Source: Paludibacteraceae bacterium (lineage in GTDB: Bacteria > Bacteroidota > Bacteroidia > Bacteroidales > Paludibacteraceae). From it: a stretch of DNA of 64,000 nucleotides. Numbering within the stretch: position 1 is the first letter of the stretch; every line of letters begins with the position of its first letter. The DNA lies in the NCBI GenBank assembly GCA_017527905.1, contig JAFXPK010000051.1, positions 16,388-80,387 on the forward strand, read 5' to 3'. This document shows positions 1-12,500 of the stretch, in pieces. The notes under the pieces are model-generated. The model did not search any database, was not told where the DNA came from, and saw only the letters and a list, made by a program, of their open reading frames with translations. Position numbers and translations under genes: made by a program.

Positions 1-1
1 A

Positions 2-3000
2 ATTCCTATCCGAGAAGTAATAATAGTTCAGCAAAGAGGTATCGATCGTATTCGCCAGATGAATATATTTAGAGATTTCGATCTCCTCCCCGCAGGTCTG
101 CGGCAAAGCGTCGACCTTGATCTCCGGGTTAGGGAAGACCGTCACCTTCACCTCCGCCTTAGTGCTGAGCACACCATCAACCTTATGCTTCTGCGCCACC
201 TTGTAGATCGTCACGCCGACCGTCTCCGTGCTAGGCACAGGGGCGGAAGCCAAAGGAGCGGCATAGTTATCTTCAGGGGAGAACCATTCCAGTTCGTAAT
301 CAATATCCTTGACCTGACCATTGTTCGTGTTAATGCTAGCATTGTTCTCCAACGAGACTGCTTTCGCATGGTGGCAATAGTTCATCGGGAAGGTGTTCGG
401 CATCAGCGCGTCGCTCAAGATAACCGTGATACGCACCGTGTCGCTCAAGCAGCCGCTCTCCTTATGACGTTGTTTGACGAAGTAGGTCAGTTTCACATCC
501 TTATTCTCTTCCCAAGTGTTATCCTTCTTAGGAGAAGGGTCCGTAGTACCCAATTCATTCAGCGCCTCATCGAACCATACCAGTTCATAGTCAGAGTTGT
601 CGGAAGCGGTGACTGCACTTGGGTCTTTCGTCAGAAGAGGATCGAAAGAGCCATCTGCCGCAGCCTCCGATTTCAGGTAATTCACGGAAAGAGAACCCGT
701 CGCAACAGGTACGAAGGTAGTCTTCACAGCGAACTTCGCCGTATCGCTCACGCAGAAACGTCCCGATTCAATCTCATAAGACTCCACCACGCCATACTGC
801 ACCACCGACGTCTGGGTTTGCGCCAACGGAACGCCCGTCACGCTCTGTCCGTCGACCGACCATGAGAAGGAAGACTTTCCTGCGTCGAGGGTGAGCGAAC
901 TGCTCTTCACCTGCAATTGTTCATACTCCTCGCCCTTGCAATACTGAGTGCGGTTCATCGAGATATCAGGAGCAGGGATCTCCACGATGGTCACCGTAAG
1001 CGGCACCTTACCGCTCTCGTTGGTAGGGTTACCCACCTCACGTTGGCTCACGTAGTAGGTTACGGCACCACCCTCGGAGGTATTAGGCGTACGGTCCGAC
1101 TCGGTAGTCAGCTCGTTGCCATCGGCATCGTAATAGACCACCTCCCAAGAGGAGTTGGAGTCCTTCACCTCACTGGCGGTGGCGGAGATTGGCTGCGCCA
1201 CATCATTCAAGCAGTAAGTCACATGATTCGGGACAGGCACGGAGCTACCGCTCACGGTAACAGTGACATAGAACGTATCGCTCACGCAACCCACAGGTTG
1301 GGTGCGATTCACGCCATAAACGATCTTCTTGCCGACATCCTGTGGCGTCGGGGTCGGAGCACTAGACAAAGGTTGACCGTTCTCGTCAAACCAGTTGTAA
1401 GTATATCCGCTCTCCACCTCAACAGCGGAAGGGTCTTGCAGAAGGATGTTCTTATCGAATTGTCCGTTAGCGGCGGTATCGCCCAAGAGATAAGAGACAG
1501 CGCCCGTACCCGTAGGGGCAGAGATTTTCCTCACGGTAAACTTCAGCGTACCCTTTTTCCTGCTCTCGCAACCAGACTTGGAAGTCAATGAATAGGTGTA
1601 GGAGTAGTCGCCCGCCTCAGTTATGGAATTAACGTCCGGTGCGGTTGTCGGGTCTCCGTTCGAGTCGAACCAAGAATAGGCAACGTCCTTCGATAGCATT
1701 TCGTTCATCTCCCTCTCCAGGTCAGAGACATCCGCGTTGCCGGGGCAGAAAGTACCCAGGTCGTAATCAGAGACGACCGGCAGTTTCTCCACCACCAAGG
1801 AAACGACAGGAGCAGGGGAATAGCAAGATGAGTCAGGGCGGGAAAAGACACTTGCCGTATACTCAAATGTGCCAGCGGCGATCGGAGTCACCACACAAGT
1901 GTTATTGGAGGTCTGTTCCGAAATAGGCTGACCATTCTCCTCGAACCTGTAAGTTATATTATTACCGACAGGGCCGGCGGTCAATGTGACAGACTCGCCA
2001 GCACATATCGTATCCCTAGAGATTTGCATAGTAGTATTCGGGAGCGGGCAGTCCTCACCGCAACCGCTGACAGCCTGCGACATGATCTCATTATCCTTGT
2101 GTCCGAGGAGTTTTGTGTAGGCAACATTGATGATGGATTCGGAGCAGTCATCAACCACACCCTTCCAAGAAACCGTATACTTCTTTCCGAAAGGGATAGG
2201 GTTATCGATTCCCTGTTCAAATTTCCAAACGATGGAATCGCCCTGCAGCGCACCTCCATTATCAGCAGAAGAGAAACTAACCTCCGCAGGCTTACGGTCA
2301 ACGATGGTTAAGTCGTAAGCGTAGTCGGTGTGGACATTAATATTAGAGAAGGAAGAAGAACCATTCGACGGAGACTTAAATCCGAAGTAGCCATCTTTCT
2401 CTGTCAAGCCAGAAATAGAAAAGGCAGGTTCTACGGAAGTGTTCTTTGCAATCCAAGCCCGCAAAACATCACCATTCAACTCAATAATCATGTGGAAAGA
2501 ACTCTCTTTCAAAGACAAATTCACATTTTTAAGCAGTCTTGTCTTATCATACATATTAATCACAAGAGCGGCACCTCCATCATAATTCGGGAAAATACCC
2601 AATCGAAGATCATCTCTGAAGTAAACGATTGCCTCCGCATCTCTTTCACTATTTCCCCTATTCAGATCACAGTCCATAGAAACTGTAATATTTGTAGATT
2701 TCGAATACTTGAATTCAGCACTTGCGCCATTCGACAATGAAATCGTCCCATTGGAAATTCTAGGAGATCCACCAGACGTAGTCCAATCAGAAGAATTTGA
2801 CCCCGCATTCTCAAACAAAGCGCCATGAGTCTGTTCATATTCTATTTCATAAACGATATCATCGCCGACCTCATATCTCTCCTTATCCGCAACCTTTTTC
2901 ATTGTGGTTGGCACTATAGGATCAGGCACCTTTTCACAGGTAACAATGATTTGAGCGGTGTCATCCACAGCAGAATTCCTCAGTCCTGAGATCCAAGCAT

Positions 3001-6000
3001 GATTTACTATAACCTCATCAGCCGATACACACGATGCGCCGGAAGGGAATTTAACAACAGCATTATACTTAATTGTTCCTTTCTGACTCACCTGCATCTT
3101 CGGCACATGCCACTCTATAACATCACGGCCATCAGAAGTCTTTGTGGTTTTTATCGTAGCGCCAAAATCCTCAAGAGGGCAGTCATTTAAGAACGAAACG
3201 AACTCCAGACCCAAAGGCAAAGTGTCGCGTACATATACATCCTCGACATCACGGCCAGCGATAGGACCATTACCAAGGATCCTTCTCCACACATATCCGT
3301 CATATTCCTCAACCAACACATTAGGCACTGTAATGGAAGATGATGTACATCCGCAAGTCAACCATTTAGTAATAGGTTCCTCAATCGTTTTCCCCGATTC
3401 GTCTAATCTTTGCCAAGAAGGAGTGATTGGGTAATAATTACCTTCGTCACCGTCTTTATACTTTTCGCTAAATGACCAGTCATCCGTCCAATCCACTTTA
3501 TCCGAGTAATTATTACCATTAACAAGATTAACCACACGCAACGGATAATCTCCTCCCTCATGAATTGTACAATTAGGGTTACCCGTATTCCACGACGTAA
3601 GCATCGTAGTAGTGACAAGCAGTGGTGCGAACTGCATGGAAATACGTTGATTCCACTTCCTCCCAGTAACAGAATCCGTACCCGAGACCACATTCTCATG
3701 CGTCACGACAAATCCCTCTTTGTTACCACCTTCGTAAATTGAAGGAATAACAGCCCATCCATCAGATGAATTTGGAGAAACAACACCTGTCACAACAGGA
3801 TCGTATAAATAATAAGAAATACGATAGTTCCCATAATTTATATACGACTCAACCGCATCGTTAAACAGTCTGAATTTCACTCCCATTTGATTACCCTGAT
3901 CCTCACAAGCCCACGAAACATTTACTCTAGGACGTCCACCGTCTATCCATCCAGCCTCGGAGGAATTCTCAAAATCAATGCTAAAGGTAGCCACATTACC
4001 TGGGTTGATTTTATCCCTATCCGCCTTTTTTTCAATCACCAAAGAACGTTTCAACACATCAACGCAATTTCGTTGCATAGTTGCTGTTCTATAATTCGGA
4101 TATTCATTAGAAACCCATCCCAGACCATTTGAGCATGTTATTTCCGCCGTAGTGCAATAACGACCAGATGCCTGACTACCAATAGACACCGTATAAGACA
4201 CTTGTCCAATCGTTTTCTTAAAATTAGCCCTAGTCACATCCAGCGCAGCACCTTCCTCCTTACCATCGCTATGATAACCACTCACATCACCAATATTCCA
4301 CGTAATAGTATGACTTGCAGCGTCATATACGCCACCGCCCGTAGAAACGACATCAAAATGAGCAGGGACATGTTCTACGATGACCACATCCTTCGCATCC
4401 ACGGACCCATAATTACGGTAATCCAATAAATATGTTATTTCATCTCCTGTATAACAGAATGTCACACTATCTTTTATCGCCCTATAAATCTTCATGTTAG
4501 GCATTGGATTCATTGCGCTTGGCGCAGGATAATTACCCGATGTCACCATCATACCCATTTGACGAGCCCAGCCATGCATATAATTGGAAACTTTACCCAA
4601 ATTACACTCTTGTCCTCTCGGGACATCTATATCAGTGGCATCTCCTTTCGTGTCCCACTTAATATTACACTCTCTATATACCAAACCCATCAATTCATAA
4701 TCCTGACTTCCTACAGCCGCATAAGAACCCGTTCCAGTCTGCATACTCAAAGAGCAATAAAAATCAGCTCCCGACTTTCCCGTATTTGGATCATTTTGCC
4801 AACGAATCGTAGCAGGCCCAGAATAAGGCATATTCTTTACAGATCCATAATCAATACAATGGTTGCCGGCGGCAGGATTCCAATTCGACGGGTCATTCAT
4901 CCAATCCGACAATCTCACAGCGGCATCATACTCGTAAGTGTTTCCGCCTTGCTCCACCTTATGAGTCTTAGAGTTCCACGAATAGCTTGGATTTCCATGC
5001 CACATATAGTTACATATTGTTCTCCAAGAACATCGATAGTCCTCTCCTTGATTGAAATTACTAAATTCGGTACCTGCTTCCGTAGCTTTATAGCTCACCA
5101 ACACGGAATCTTTTTTCCCATCGTCATCATACGTGAATTGCCAATAGCTCACATTCTCTCCCGATTCGAAGACAGAGACCCAACCTGCTGTAGGAATTGA
5201 TTTAGAGCTTTTCTTTATCAACTCGCCTATGAGCCAATCAGATGAGGCTTCTCCTCTACGGAACTGTTCAATCTCCCATGGATCACCCCCCAACTCCTCA
5301 AACAGCTCATAAAATTCCCTGAAATATGCAGGCGCATTGTAATCTATGTGTTGAGTAGTCGCTCCACAAAATTCAGGATATAAGGTGAGTCCGTTTACAT
5401 CCACCATATTGTTACCCGGCAAGCTATATATCTCTTTCGACTCAGAGAAAACAAGAGGATTATTCGCAGTCACAAAACCAGTTTGTTCATTCCACGTATC
5501 ACCGCCCTTAGGATAACCATCCAAACCAATCATACCTGAATTAACACGCATAGGGTTTTCCGTTGGGAACCTTGTACTCAAAGCCACCAGTCCACGAATC
5601 ACTTCTATCATAGCCTCCTTGTACGATATCGGATTTCCACAAGCATCGTTTACGATAGCCCCAGACTCGTCTCTCATGAACTCACCCCACTGTTTGTAAG
5701 CAACATACAACGCTAAAGCAACATCCACATCACCATCCGCAGCCGTATTGCCACCCTCACCTCTATCGGACAACGCAAATGGTCCATACGCATAGGTTGA
5801 AGCAGTGTTCGAACAATCCCTATACTTCTTGGAGCGATTCAGACGCTTATCGTGCGTACACATCCAATAACCATTGAACGTAACCTGATCCGCCATATAA
5901 GCCGCAGCCAACAAAGCGTACCCATCACCTTCCGTACAATCATATGCAGATTTATACGGCGTGCTTATATATTTGATTCCTGCCCAAGACTCTCCCGTAT

Positions 6001-6262
6001 ATTTAAACTCATTAGCATGGACTTGATAGGCATTTCGTATATCCTGCTCCATCTCCGCATGCACCACACCCTCTGGGTTTCTAGTAGCCAAATTGCCTAA
6101 TCGATGGGAGTCTCCATAGGCATACTCCAAAAACTGCGGGAACGGATACGCCGGGTTACCTGAATTGATATGCACAGGCACCGCACTCACTCGAATTGCC
6201 GCCACCATCAACAGAGACAATAGCGCAATCAGCCTTTTATGAATAGTTATAAAGCGAACCAT
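2..6262 (-). CDS. Partial giant secreted protein (3' end beyond window): signal peptide + GH8-like catalytic domain + DUF11-type repeat + LamG-like module + Cys-containing Ig-like repeats
   Basis: This ORF is absent from the supplied track because it has no in-window stop. Manual reverse translation from the ATG at 6262-6260 gives MVRFITIHKRLIALLSLLMVAAIRVSAVPVHINSGNPAYPFPQFLEYAYGDSHRLGNLATRNPEGVVHAEMEQ. That is the same mature N-terminus as the two paralogs downstream. I spot-checked the frame at 6262-6000, 4250-4200, 3415-3400, 2314-2300 and 178-2 and found no stop. GH8-like motifs present: TEGDGYALLAAAYM and AADGDVDVALALYVAYKQWGE. The last in-window residues read KVTVFPNPEIKVDALPQTCGEEIEISKY. 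Confidence 0.8.
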   Translation of the reverse strand, partial: MVRFITIHKRLIALLSLLMVAAIRVSAVPVHINSGNPAYPFPQFLEYAYGDSHRLGNLATRNPEGVVHAEMEQDIRNAYQVHANEFKYTGESWAGIKYISTPYKSAYDCTEGDGYALLAAAYMADQVTFNGYWMCTHDKRLNRSKKYRDCSNTASTYAYGPFALSDRGEGGNTAADGDVDVALALYVAYKQWGEFMRDESGAIVNDACGNPISYKEAMIEVIRGLVALSTRFPTENPMRVNSGMIGLDGYPKGGDTWNEQTGFVTANNPLVFSESKEIYSLPGNNMVDVNGLTLYPEFCGATTQHIDYNAPAYFREFYELFEELGGDPWEIEQFRRGEASSDWLIGELIKKSSKSIPTAGWVSVFESGENVSYWQFTYDDDGKKDSVLVSYKATEAGTEFSNFNQGEDYRCSWRTICNYMWHGNPSYSWNSKTHKVEQGGNTYEYDAAVRLSDWMNDPSNWNPAAGNHCIDYGSVKNMPYSGPATIRWQNDPNTGKSGADFYCSLSMQTGTGSYAAVGSQDYELMGLVYRECNIKWDTKGDATDIDVPRGQECNLGKVSNYMHGWARQMGMMVTSGNYPAPSAMNPMPNMKIYRAIKDSVTFCYTGDEITYLLDYRNYGSVDAKDVVIVEHVPAHFDVVSTGGGVYDAASHTITWNIGDVSGYHSDGKEEGAALDVTRANFKKTIGQVSYTVSIGSQASGRYCTTAEITCSNGLGWVSNEYPNYRTATMQRNCVDVLKRSLVIEKKADRDKINPGNVATFSIDFENSSEAGWIDGGRPRVNVSWACEDQGNQMGVKFRLFNDAVESYINYGNYRISYYLYDPVVTGVVSPNSSDGWAVIPSIYEGGNKEGFVVTHENVVSGTDSVTGRKWNQRISMQFAPLLVTTTMLTSWNTGNPNCTIHEGGDYPLRVVNLVNGNNYSDKVDWTDDWSFSEKYKDGDEGNYYPITPSWQRLDESGKTIEEPITKWLTCGCTSSSITVPNVLVEEYDGYVWRRILGNGPIAGRDVEDVYVRDTLPLGLEFVSFLNDCPLEDFGATIKTTKTSDGRDVIEWHVPKMQVSQKGTIKYNAVVKFPSGASCVSADEVIVNHAWISGLRNSAVDDTAQIIVTCEKVPDPIVPTTMKKVADKERYEVGDDIVYEIEYEQTHGALFENAGSNSSDWTTSGGSPRISNGTISLSNGASAEFKYSKSTNITVSMDCDLNRGNSERDAEAIVYFRDDLRLGIFPNYDGGAALVINMYDKTRLLKNVNLSLKESSFHMIIELNGDVLRAWIAKNTSVEPAFSISGLTEKDGYFGFKSPSNGSSSFSNINVHTDYAYDLTIVDRKPAEVSFSSADNGGALQGDSIVWKFEQGIDNPIPFGKKYTVSWKGVVDDCSESIINVAYTKLLGHKDNEIMSQAVSGCGEDCPLPNTTMQISRDTICAGESVTLTAGPVGNNITYRFEENGQPISEQTSNNTCVVTPIAAGTFEYTASVFSRPDSSCYSPAPVVSLVVEKLPVVSDYDLGTFCPGNADVSDLEREMNEMLSKDVAYSWFDSNGDPTTAPDVNSITEAGDYSYTYSLTSKSGCESRKKGTLKFTVRKISAPTGTGAVSYLLGDTAANGQFDKNILLQDPSAVEVESGYTYNWFDENGQPLSSAPTPTPQDVGKKIVYGVNRTQPVGCVSDTFYVTVTVSGSSVPVPNHVTYCLNDVAQPISATASEVKDSNSSWEVVYYDADGNELTTESDRTPNTSEGGAVTYYVSQREVGNPTNESGKVPLTVTIVEIPAPDISMNRTQYCKGEEYEQLQVKSSSLTLDAGKSSFSWSVDGQSVTGVPLAQTQTSVVQYGVVESYEIESGRFCVSDTAKFAVKTTFVPVATGSLSVNYLKSEAAADGSFDPLLTKDPSAVTASDNSDYELVWFDEALNELGTTDPSPKKDNTWEENKDVKLTYFVKQRHKESGCLSDTVRITVILSDALMPNTFPMNYCHHAKAVSLENNASINTNNGQVKDIDYELEWFSPEDNYAAPLASAPVPSTETVGVTIYKVAQKHKVDGVLSTKAEVKVTVFPNPEIKVDALPQTCGEEIEISKYIHLANTIDTSLLNYYYFSDRN

Positions 6263-6312
6263 GGTTGAATATAATTTCGTTAGACCTACTATAAAATATA
6301 CTTATCAACTTG

Positions 6313-6320
6313 CAAATATA
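6313..6320 (-). promoter_or_regulatory. Bacteroidetes-type -7 box (TATATTTG on minus strand)
   Basis: The plus strand reads caaatata, which matches the TAnnTTTG consensus on the minus strand. It lies about 50 nt upstream of the ATG at 6262. Confidence 0.55.
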
Positions 6321-6481
6321 GCATTTCCCATGGAAGATTAAAATTTTTTAACACACGTTTTTTGAGGAGTGGGGTTCTTTGGGATTTACGACCTTGCATT
6401 TCCGTGGACATCCCACCGAGAGGCACGCCACGCACGTGTCTGTTTGCCAATGAATTACAACAATCAGATAGGCCAGACAAC

Positions 6482-6523
6482 AAAAAAAACGTGTCGACAA
6501 ACGGAGAACCGTTTGTCGACACG
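6482..6523 (-). terminator. Rho-independent terminator of the 6548-12913 gene
   Basis: A perfect 15-bp stem (cgtgtcgacaaacgg / ccgtttgtcgacacg) is followed on the minus strand by a run of 8 T. Confidence 0.8.
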
Positions 6524-6547
6524 AGGTTATTCTATAAGTGGCGAGCA

Positions 6548-9500
6548 CTAATCCTTTACAGCCTTCACCATCTTTTGGTCACCGACCACGTAGACGCCAG
6601 GCATCAAACCGTCAAGCGCCTTTTCTCTCAAGACTTGCTTCTTCAGCATGATACCCAACATGTTGTAGACATCCACATATGGGCTTTCCGATGCCACGGA
6701 AGGCAACGAAGTAGCCTCCTTGACGTAAAGCACCAACGGAGCGGAGTTGACAGACTCCTTGTCGCTCGTGACATGGCTCGCGCAACGAATCGTATCCGAC
6801 TCGGTCGCCACCACCCTACACAGGTAAGAGAAGCTGTTCTTCTCGCCCGTATTCATACTATTCAACGTGTAGGTCACGATACCCGAATAGTTCTTAGCAC
6901 CATCAGGCAGAGCCTTGGCAGAAGCCTCAGCGCGTCCGTTTGGACGAGGATTCGTCGTGGCGCTTGCAGGTTGGTATGTCGCGGTTGTGTTCTCATCCAT
7001 GAACTTAACGAACTCGAAGCCCAACGTGATGGTATCTGTCACCGTGACACTCTTCGCCACAACGCCCTTCAGCGGACTATCTCCGAGGATCTTACGCCAT
7101 GTGTATCCATCGAACTCCTCCACCAAAACATTTTCCGTGACCGTCGACACCTCTTCACAAGCCGATTTCATAAGACGGTCCACCGGTTGAGGTTCCTCAG
7201 AAGATTGATAGGAAGGAGTGACAGGGTAATAATTTCCATTCTGCTCATCCTGCGGGATCTGAGAGAATCCAGTTCCCCAATCGATATCATTATAACGAGC
7301 ATCATTGGTATTAATCACCACCCGCATAGGGGATCTTGGTCCATCATACAAAGGAGAGGAGAGACCAAAATGCGACGACAAGAAGGTTGTAGAAGCGGCC
7401 TGCACATGAGGGAATTGGATAGTACGCATGAATGAGCTATCCGCCAGCATCTCATCCTTAAAGACGATCCCGTTTCCTGAAGGCAAGCCCTCTGAGAATT
7501 CAACCATATAACTCAAATCGACAGAACGCGACGTGTCACCGAAGAAGAGGTCAGCAGGAATCGTACGATATTTGCCATTGAACACTGTTATACGATAGTT
7601 GCCATAATCGATAGGTTCCACCGCATCATTATAGAGTCTCAACATCAAAGTGCTCATTGTCTTATCTTTCTTTTCCGCCAATGCCACATTCACGCCCAGA
7701 CGACCGCCCGTCAAAGCAGGAACGGTATCATTCGAAAGACTGACATTGAAGGTGACGAGATCACCCGCGGCAACCTCCGTGACATCCGAAATCTTCGCTA
7801 CCGACAGGTTGGTAGGGATCACGTCGACAGCGTTGCGCTGCATCGTCGCGGTGACATAGTTAGGATAACCATCCGTCTTCGATCCCACGCCATTGGAGCA
7901 GGAGATCTCCGCCGAAGCCTGGTAACGACCCTTCGCATCCTCCTTCGCCACGCAACGGTAGCTAACCTCACCGATTGTCTTTGACAAGTTCGGTGCGGAG
8001 AAGTCGATCGAAGCGCCCTCCATCTCATCGCTCTTGAAACCAGCGAGCTTGCTCAACGTCCACGCCACCGTATGGGTCGCGGCGTCATACTTTCCTCCGT
8101 TGTCCGCATCCAAGAAGATGAAGCCGTCAGGCACGCTCTCCTCGATGAGAACGTTCTGCGCATCCACGGAACCGTAGTTACGGTAAGAGAGCAGATAGGT
8201 GATTGTATCACCGACATGGCAGTAAGAGACGCTGTCCTTCACCGCCCTATAGATCTTCAGGTTAGGCTGAGCCTTCATTTGGGAAGGTGCGGCATAGTTG
8301 CCAGTGAGCGCCATCAATCCCAATTGGCGGAACCAACCCTCCATATATCTTGGAACAATCCGACCGTCGCGCGACTCCTCTGCCACATCACAACTTTCGT
8401 AGATGGCACCGAACAAGTCGCCCATCAAATCATAATCCTGACCACCGATGGCCGCAAAGGAGAAAGCGCCCTTCTGGCGAACAAGCAAACTATATAGACC
8501 AACAGTGGATGCCGCTCCTGTCATAGGGTCTATCTGCAGGGACAATGTCTTTGGACCAGTGACAGAAAGATTGCTATTGCCATACGTCACACATGAATTC
8601 TCCGAAGTCCAGTGCGCAGGGTCACGCATGTAATCGGACAACCTTACCGCAGCATCATACTCGTAGGTATTGGTCTTGCTCTCCACCTGATGGGTAACCG
8701 GGTTCCATGAGTATGCTGGGGAACCATGCCATACATAATTGCTGATGGTACGCCAAGGCGTACGGAAATCTTCACTCGCATCAAAAGGAGAATACGAAGT
8801 CGTGTCGCCATTGTTGTTCACGGTATGCCAACCAGCAGTCGGCAGGGCTTTCTCATTTTTGCCGATCAGGTTACCTATCAACCAATCGGAAGAGGCCTCT
8901 CCGCGACGGAACTGCTCCGCCTCCCATGCGTTCGTCTCTCCCAACTCGCTGGAGAGAGAGTCCAGCAAATCGTGGAACTCCCGGTAATAGGCAGGGGCGC
9001 AATAGTCCGTATGTTGTCTTGTTTCACCGACAAATTCAGGAGTAACAGCAACACCACCGATCTGAATGTAGTTCTTCTCCTGGGATGCCCATTCCGTCAA
9101 CTCGTTCCATGTGTTGCCACCCTTCACATAACCATCCAGACCGATCAGACCCGAAACAACACGCATAGGGGTTTCCGATGGGAACCTCGTACTCGTCGCC
9201 ACCAATCCACGAATCACATTGATCATCTCCTGCTTATAGCTGATCGGTTCGCCGCAAGCGTCCTTGACGATTTCTCCCTTGTCGTTCCGCATGAACTCAC
9301 CCCACTGCTTGTAGGCGACATAGAGGGCAAGAGCCACATCGGCATCACCGTCCGCAGCCGAGTTGTCCGGATTATTATCTGAAAGGATAAGATCTCCATA
9401 CTGGGTGTTAGGCGCATTATCGGTACAATCCATGTAACGTTTCGTATGCACACGTCGTTTGTCATGCGTGCACATCCAATAGCCATCGAACGTCGCCTTG

Positions 9501-12500
9501 TCAGCCATATAGGCGGCGGCAAGCAACGCGTAACCATCACCCTCGGTGCAATCGTATGCCGCCTTATAAGGGGTCCAAATATATTTTATACCCTGATATT
9601 CTTCACCCGTATATGCGAACTCGTTCGCATGCAGCTGGTAGGCTTCGCGGATATACTTCTCCATCTCCGCATGAGAGACGCCCTCCGGAACGTTGGTTCC
9701 GAGGTTTCCACCACACGCATACTCCAAGAATTGAGGGAAAGGATAGGCAGGATTGCCTGAATTGATATGAACCGTGACAGGGTCGCCTTCCACCGGAACG
9801 TCCTTGAGTTTGAAAGTAGTAGATGACGGAGCGGAGTTAACCGACGCATAATTATCCGACGCATGGCTTCCGCGCCATACTAATTGTCCACTATTCGCCA
9901 CACATCTACATTTGTAGGAAAGGCTTACCTGAGAGGAAGAATCCTGGGAGAGTGAATAAGTCACAATTCCCGCATAAGGTTTACCCTCAGCCGGATGGTA
10001 CGTGGCGGAAGTGTTCTCATCCGTAAAGGAAACGAACTCAAAACCTAGCGGAACCGTATCGGTCAATGTCAGCAAGCCACCATTTCTCAAAGGGCTGTCG
10101 CCAAGTATCTTACGCCACACGTATCCATCAAATTCCTCCACCAAGACAGTTTCCGTGACATCCGACACCTCATCACAAGCAGAGCGGATATAACGGGTCA
10201 CAGGTTGTGACACACCAGAAGTTTGGAATGAAGGGGAAATTGGATAATATGCCCCCTCCGCATTATTTTCATCTTTAAGCAACTGAGAGAAGCCCGAGTT
10301 CCAATCAAACCCTTCTAAGGATGGAGAAACAACACTGAACCCAAATTCAAAATCCAGAGGAGCCCTTGTTCCCTCACATGAGAAATAATCGTCATCCCAC
10401 ATCTGTTCCAGATAACCCATAGAAGTGGCTAACGTATGAGGGAATTGGAGGGTAAACATGTAGGTGCTATCAGACAGCGTATCAGTCGCAAAGACAAACT
10501 CATCAACATTATCACATTTTGCTCGACCATTCTGCGTGCCATGAAGGTCACCGATAATTTTTCTCAACTCCACCACATCTTTCAAATCTTTAAAGAACGT
10601 GATTCTATAGTTGCCATTATCGATATATGGCTCCACCGCATCGTTATAAAGTCGGGCACGCATAATTAACTGATAATTCGATTCCATAGTTTTAGCCATC
10701 GTCACATTCACACCAGAACGACCGCCAGTCAAACAAGGGACCGAATCCATAGAGATGTTAACGCTAAACGTAGCGACATCACCCTTGGACAACTCCGACA
10801 CATCAACAGTCTTTGAGAGAGATATACCGTTCGGAATCACATCGATATGGTTGCGTTGCATCGTCGCCGTAACATAATTCGGGTAATCGTTTGTCTTCGA
10901 ACCCGAGCCATTGGAACAGGAGATCTCCGCGGTGGAGTGGTAACGTCCCTTCGCTCCGTTCTTCGCCACACAACGGTAGCTAACCTGACCGATCGTCTTC
11001 GAGAGGTTCGGTGCGGAGAAATCGATTGAAGCTCCCTCCATTCCATCGCTCTTGAATCCGGCGAGTTTGCTCAAAGACCATTTCACCGTATGTGTCGCGG
11101 CGTCATAAACTCCATCAAGGTCAGCATTCAAGAAATCGAAGCCAGCAGGGATGGTGTCAACAATAACAACATTCTGCGCATCTACGGAACCATAGTTACG
11201 GAAAGAGAGGAGATAAGTGACCGTGTCACCCGTATGGCAATATGACATGCTATCCTTCACAGCCTTATAGATCTTCAGGTTTGCCTTCGGATTCATTTGG
11301 GAAGGGGCGGCGTAGTTGCCCGTCAATGCCATCAAGCCCATCTGGCGGAACCAGCCACGCATATATCTAGGGATCAATTGACCATCATCCGATTTCCCTT
11401 CTATCAGCATGTTTTCATAGATAACATTGTAGAGGTCACCCATCAAATCATAATCCTGGACGCCAATAGCAGCAAAGACAGAGGCGCCCTGCTGCATACA
11501 ATCATGTCTCCCGTAGAAATCTACCGGTTCACCCGTTATCGGATTATTTAGCAAAGGCATCGCTCTTGGTCCTGTATATGGAATATTACAAGGAGCAGGG
11601 GATGCTGGTGTAACGCAAACAGATTTGTCGGTCCAGTGCGCAGGATCACGCATGAAATCGGACAACCTCACCGCCGCATCGTACTCGTGGCTATTTGATC
11701 CATTCACAACCTGATGGGTAACCGGATTCCACGAATAGGCAGGGTTGCCATGCCATACATAATTGCTGATAGTACGCCAAGGAGTACGGAAATCCTCACC
11801 CGTGTTAAAAGAAGAATACGAAGTCGTGTCACCATTTTTGTTCACGGTATGATTACCTGAAGTAGGCAGAGCCTTATCGCTTTTACCGATCAAGTCACCG
11901 ATCAGCCAATCGGAAGAGGCCTCTCCACGGCGGAACTGCTCCGCCTCCCATGCGTTCGTCTCGCCCAACTCGCTGGAGAGGGAATCCAGCAGATCGTGGA
12001 ACTCCCTGTAATAGGCAGGCGCACAATAGTCCGTATGTTGTTGCACCCCACCAGCAAATGCAGGAATGATATTTACACCATCCATCTGGATGTAGTTCCC
12101 CTCTTGGGATGCCCAATTCGTCAACTCGCCCAATGTGTTACCACCTTTCACGTAACCATCCAAGCCTATCAAACCCGTAATAACCCTAAGAGGATTCCCC
12201 AAAGGAGAGAGTGTTGAATCAACAGACGCCTTCACCAAGCCGCGGATCACATTGATCAACTCCTGCTTATAGCTGATTGGCTCGCCACAAGCGTCCCTGA
12301 CAATTTCGCCCTTATCGTTACGCATGAACTCACCCCACTGCTTGTAGGCGACATAGAGAGCGAGGGCTATATCGACATCTCCATCCGCCGCAGAGTCATA
12401 ACTTCCTCCGTTACCATCTTTGGGGGATATACCAGCAATGGTGAATTCTCCAAAACGGTAGTCAGGCACATTATCAGTACAATCCTTGTATCGTTTCGTG

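Noticed and set aside
59-5200. Series of plus-strand ORFs (59-865, 917-1591, 1639-1926, 2330-2740, 4559-5200 and others) covering the left 6 kb
   Set aside because: All are antisense to the continuous minus-strand frame that starts at 6262 and encodes a clear paralog of the neighbouring GH8-like proteins. Their products are Arg/His/Ile-rich with no motifs.
6362-7435. 357-aa plus-strand ORF overlapping the 3' part of the double GH8 gene
   Set aside because: It is a shadow ORF opposite a well-supported gene. It also spans the strong minus-strand terminator, which makes a real plus-strand gene unlikely.
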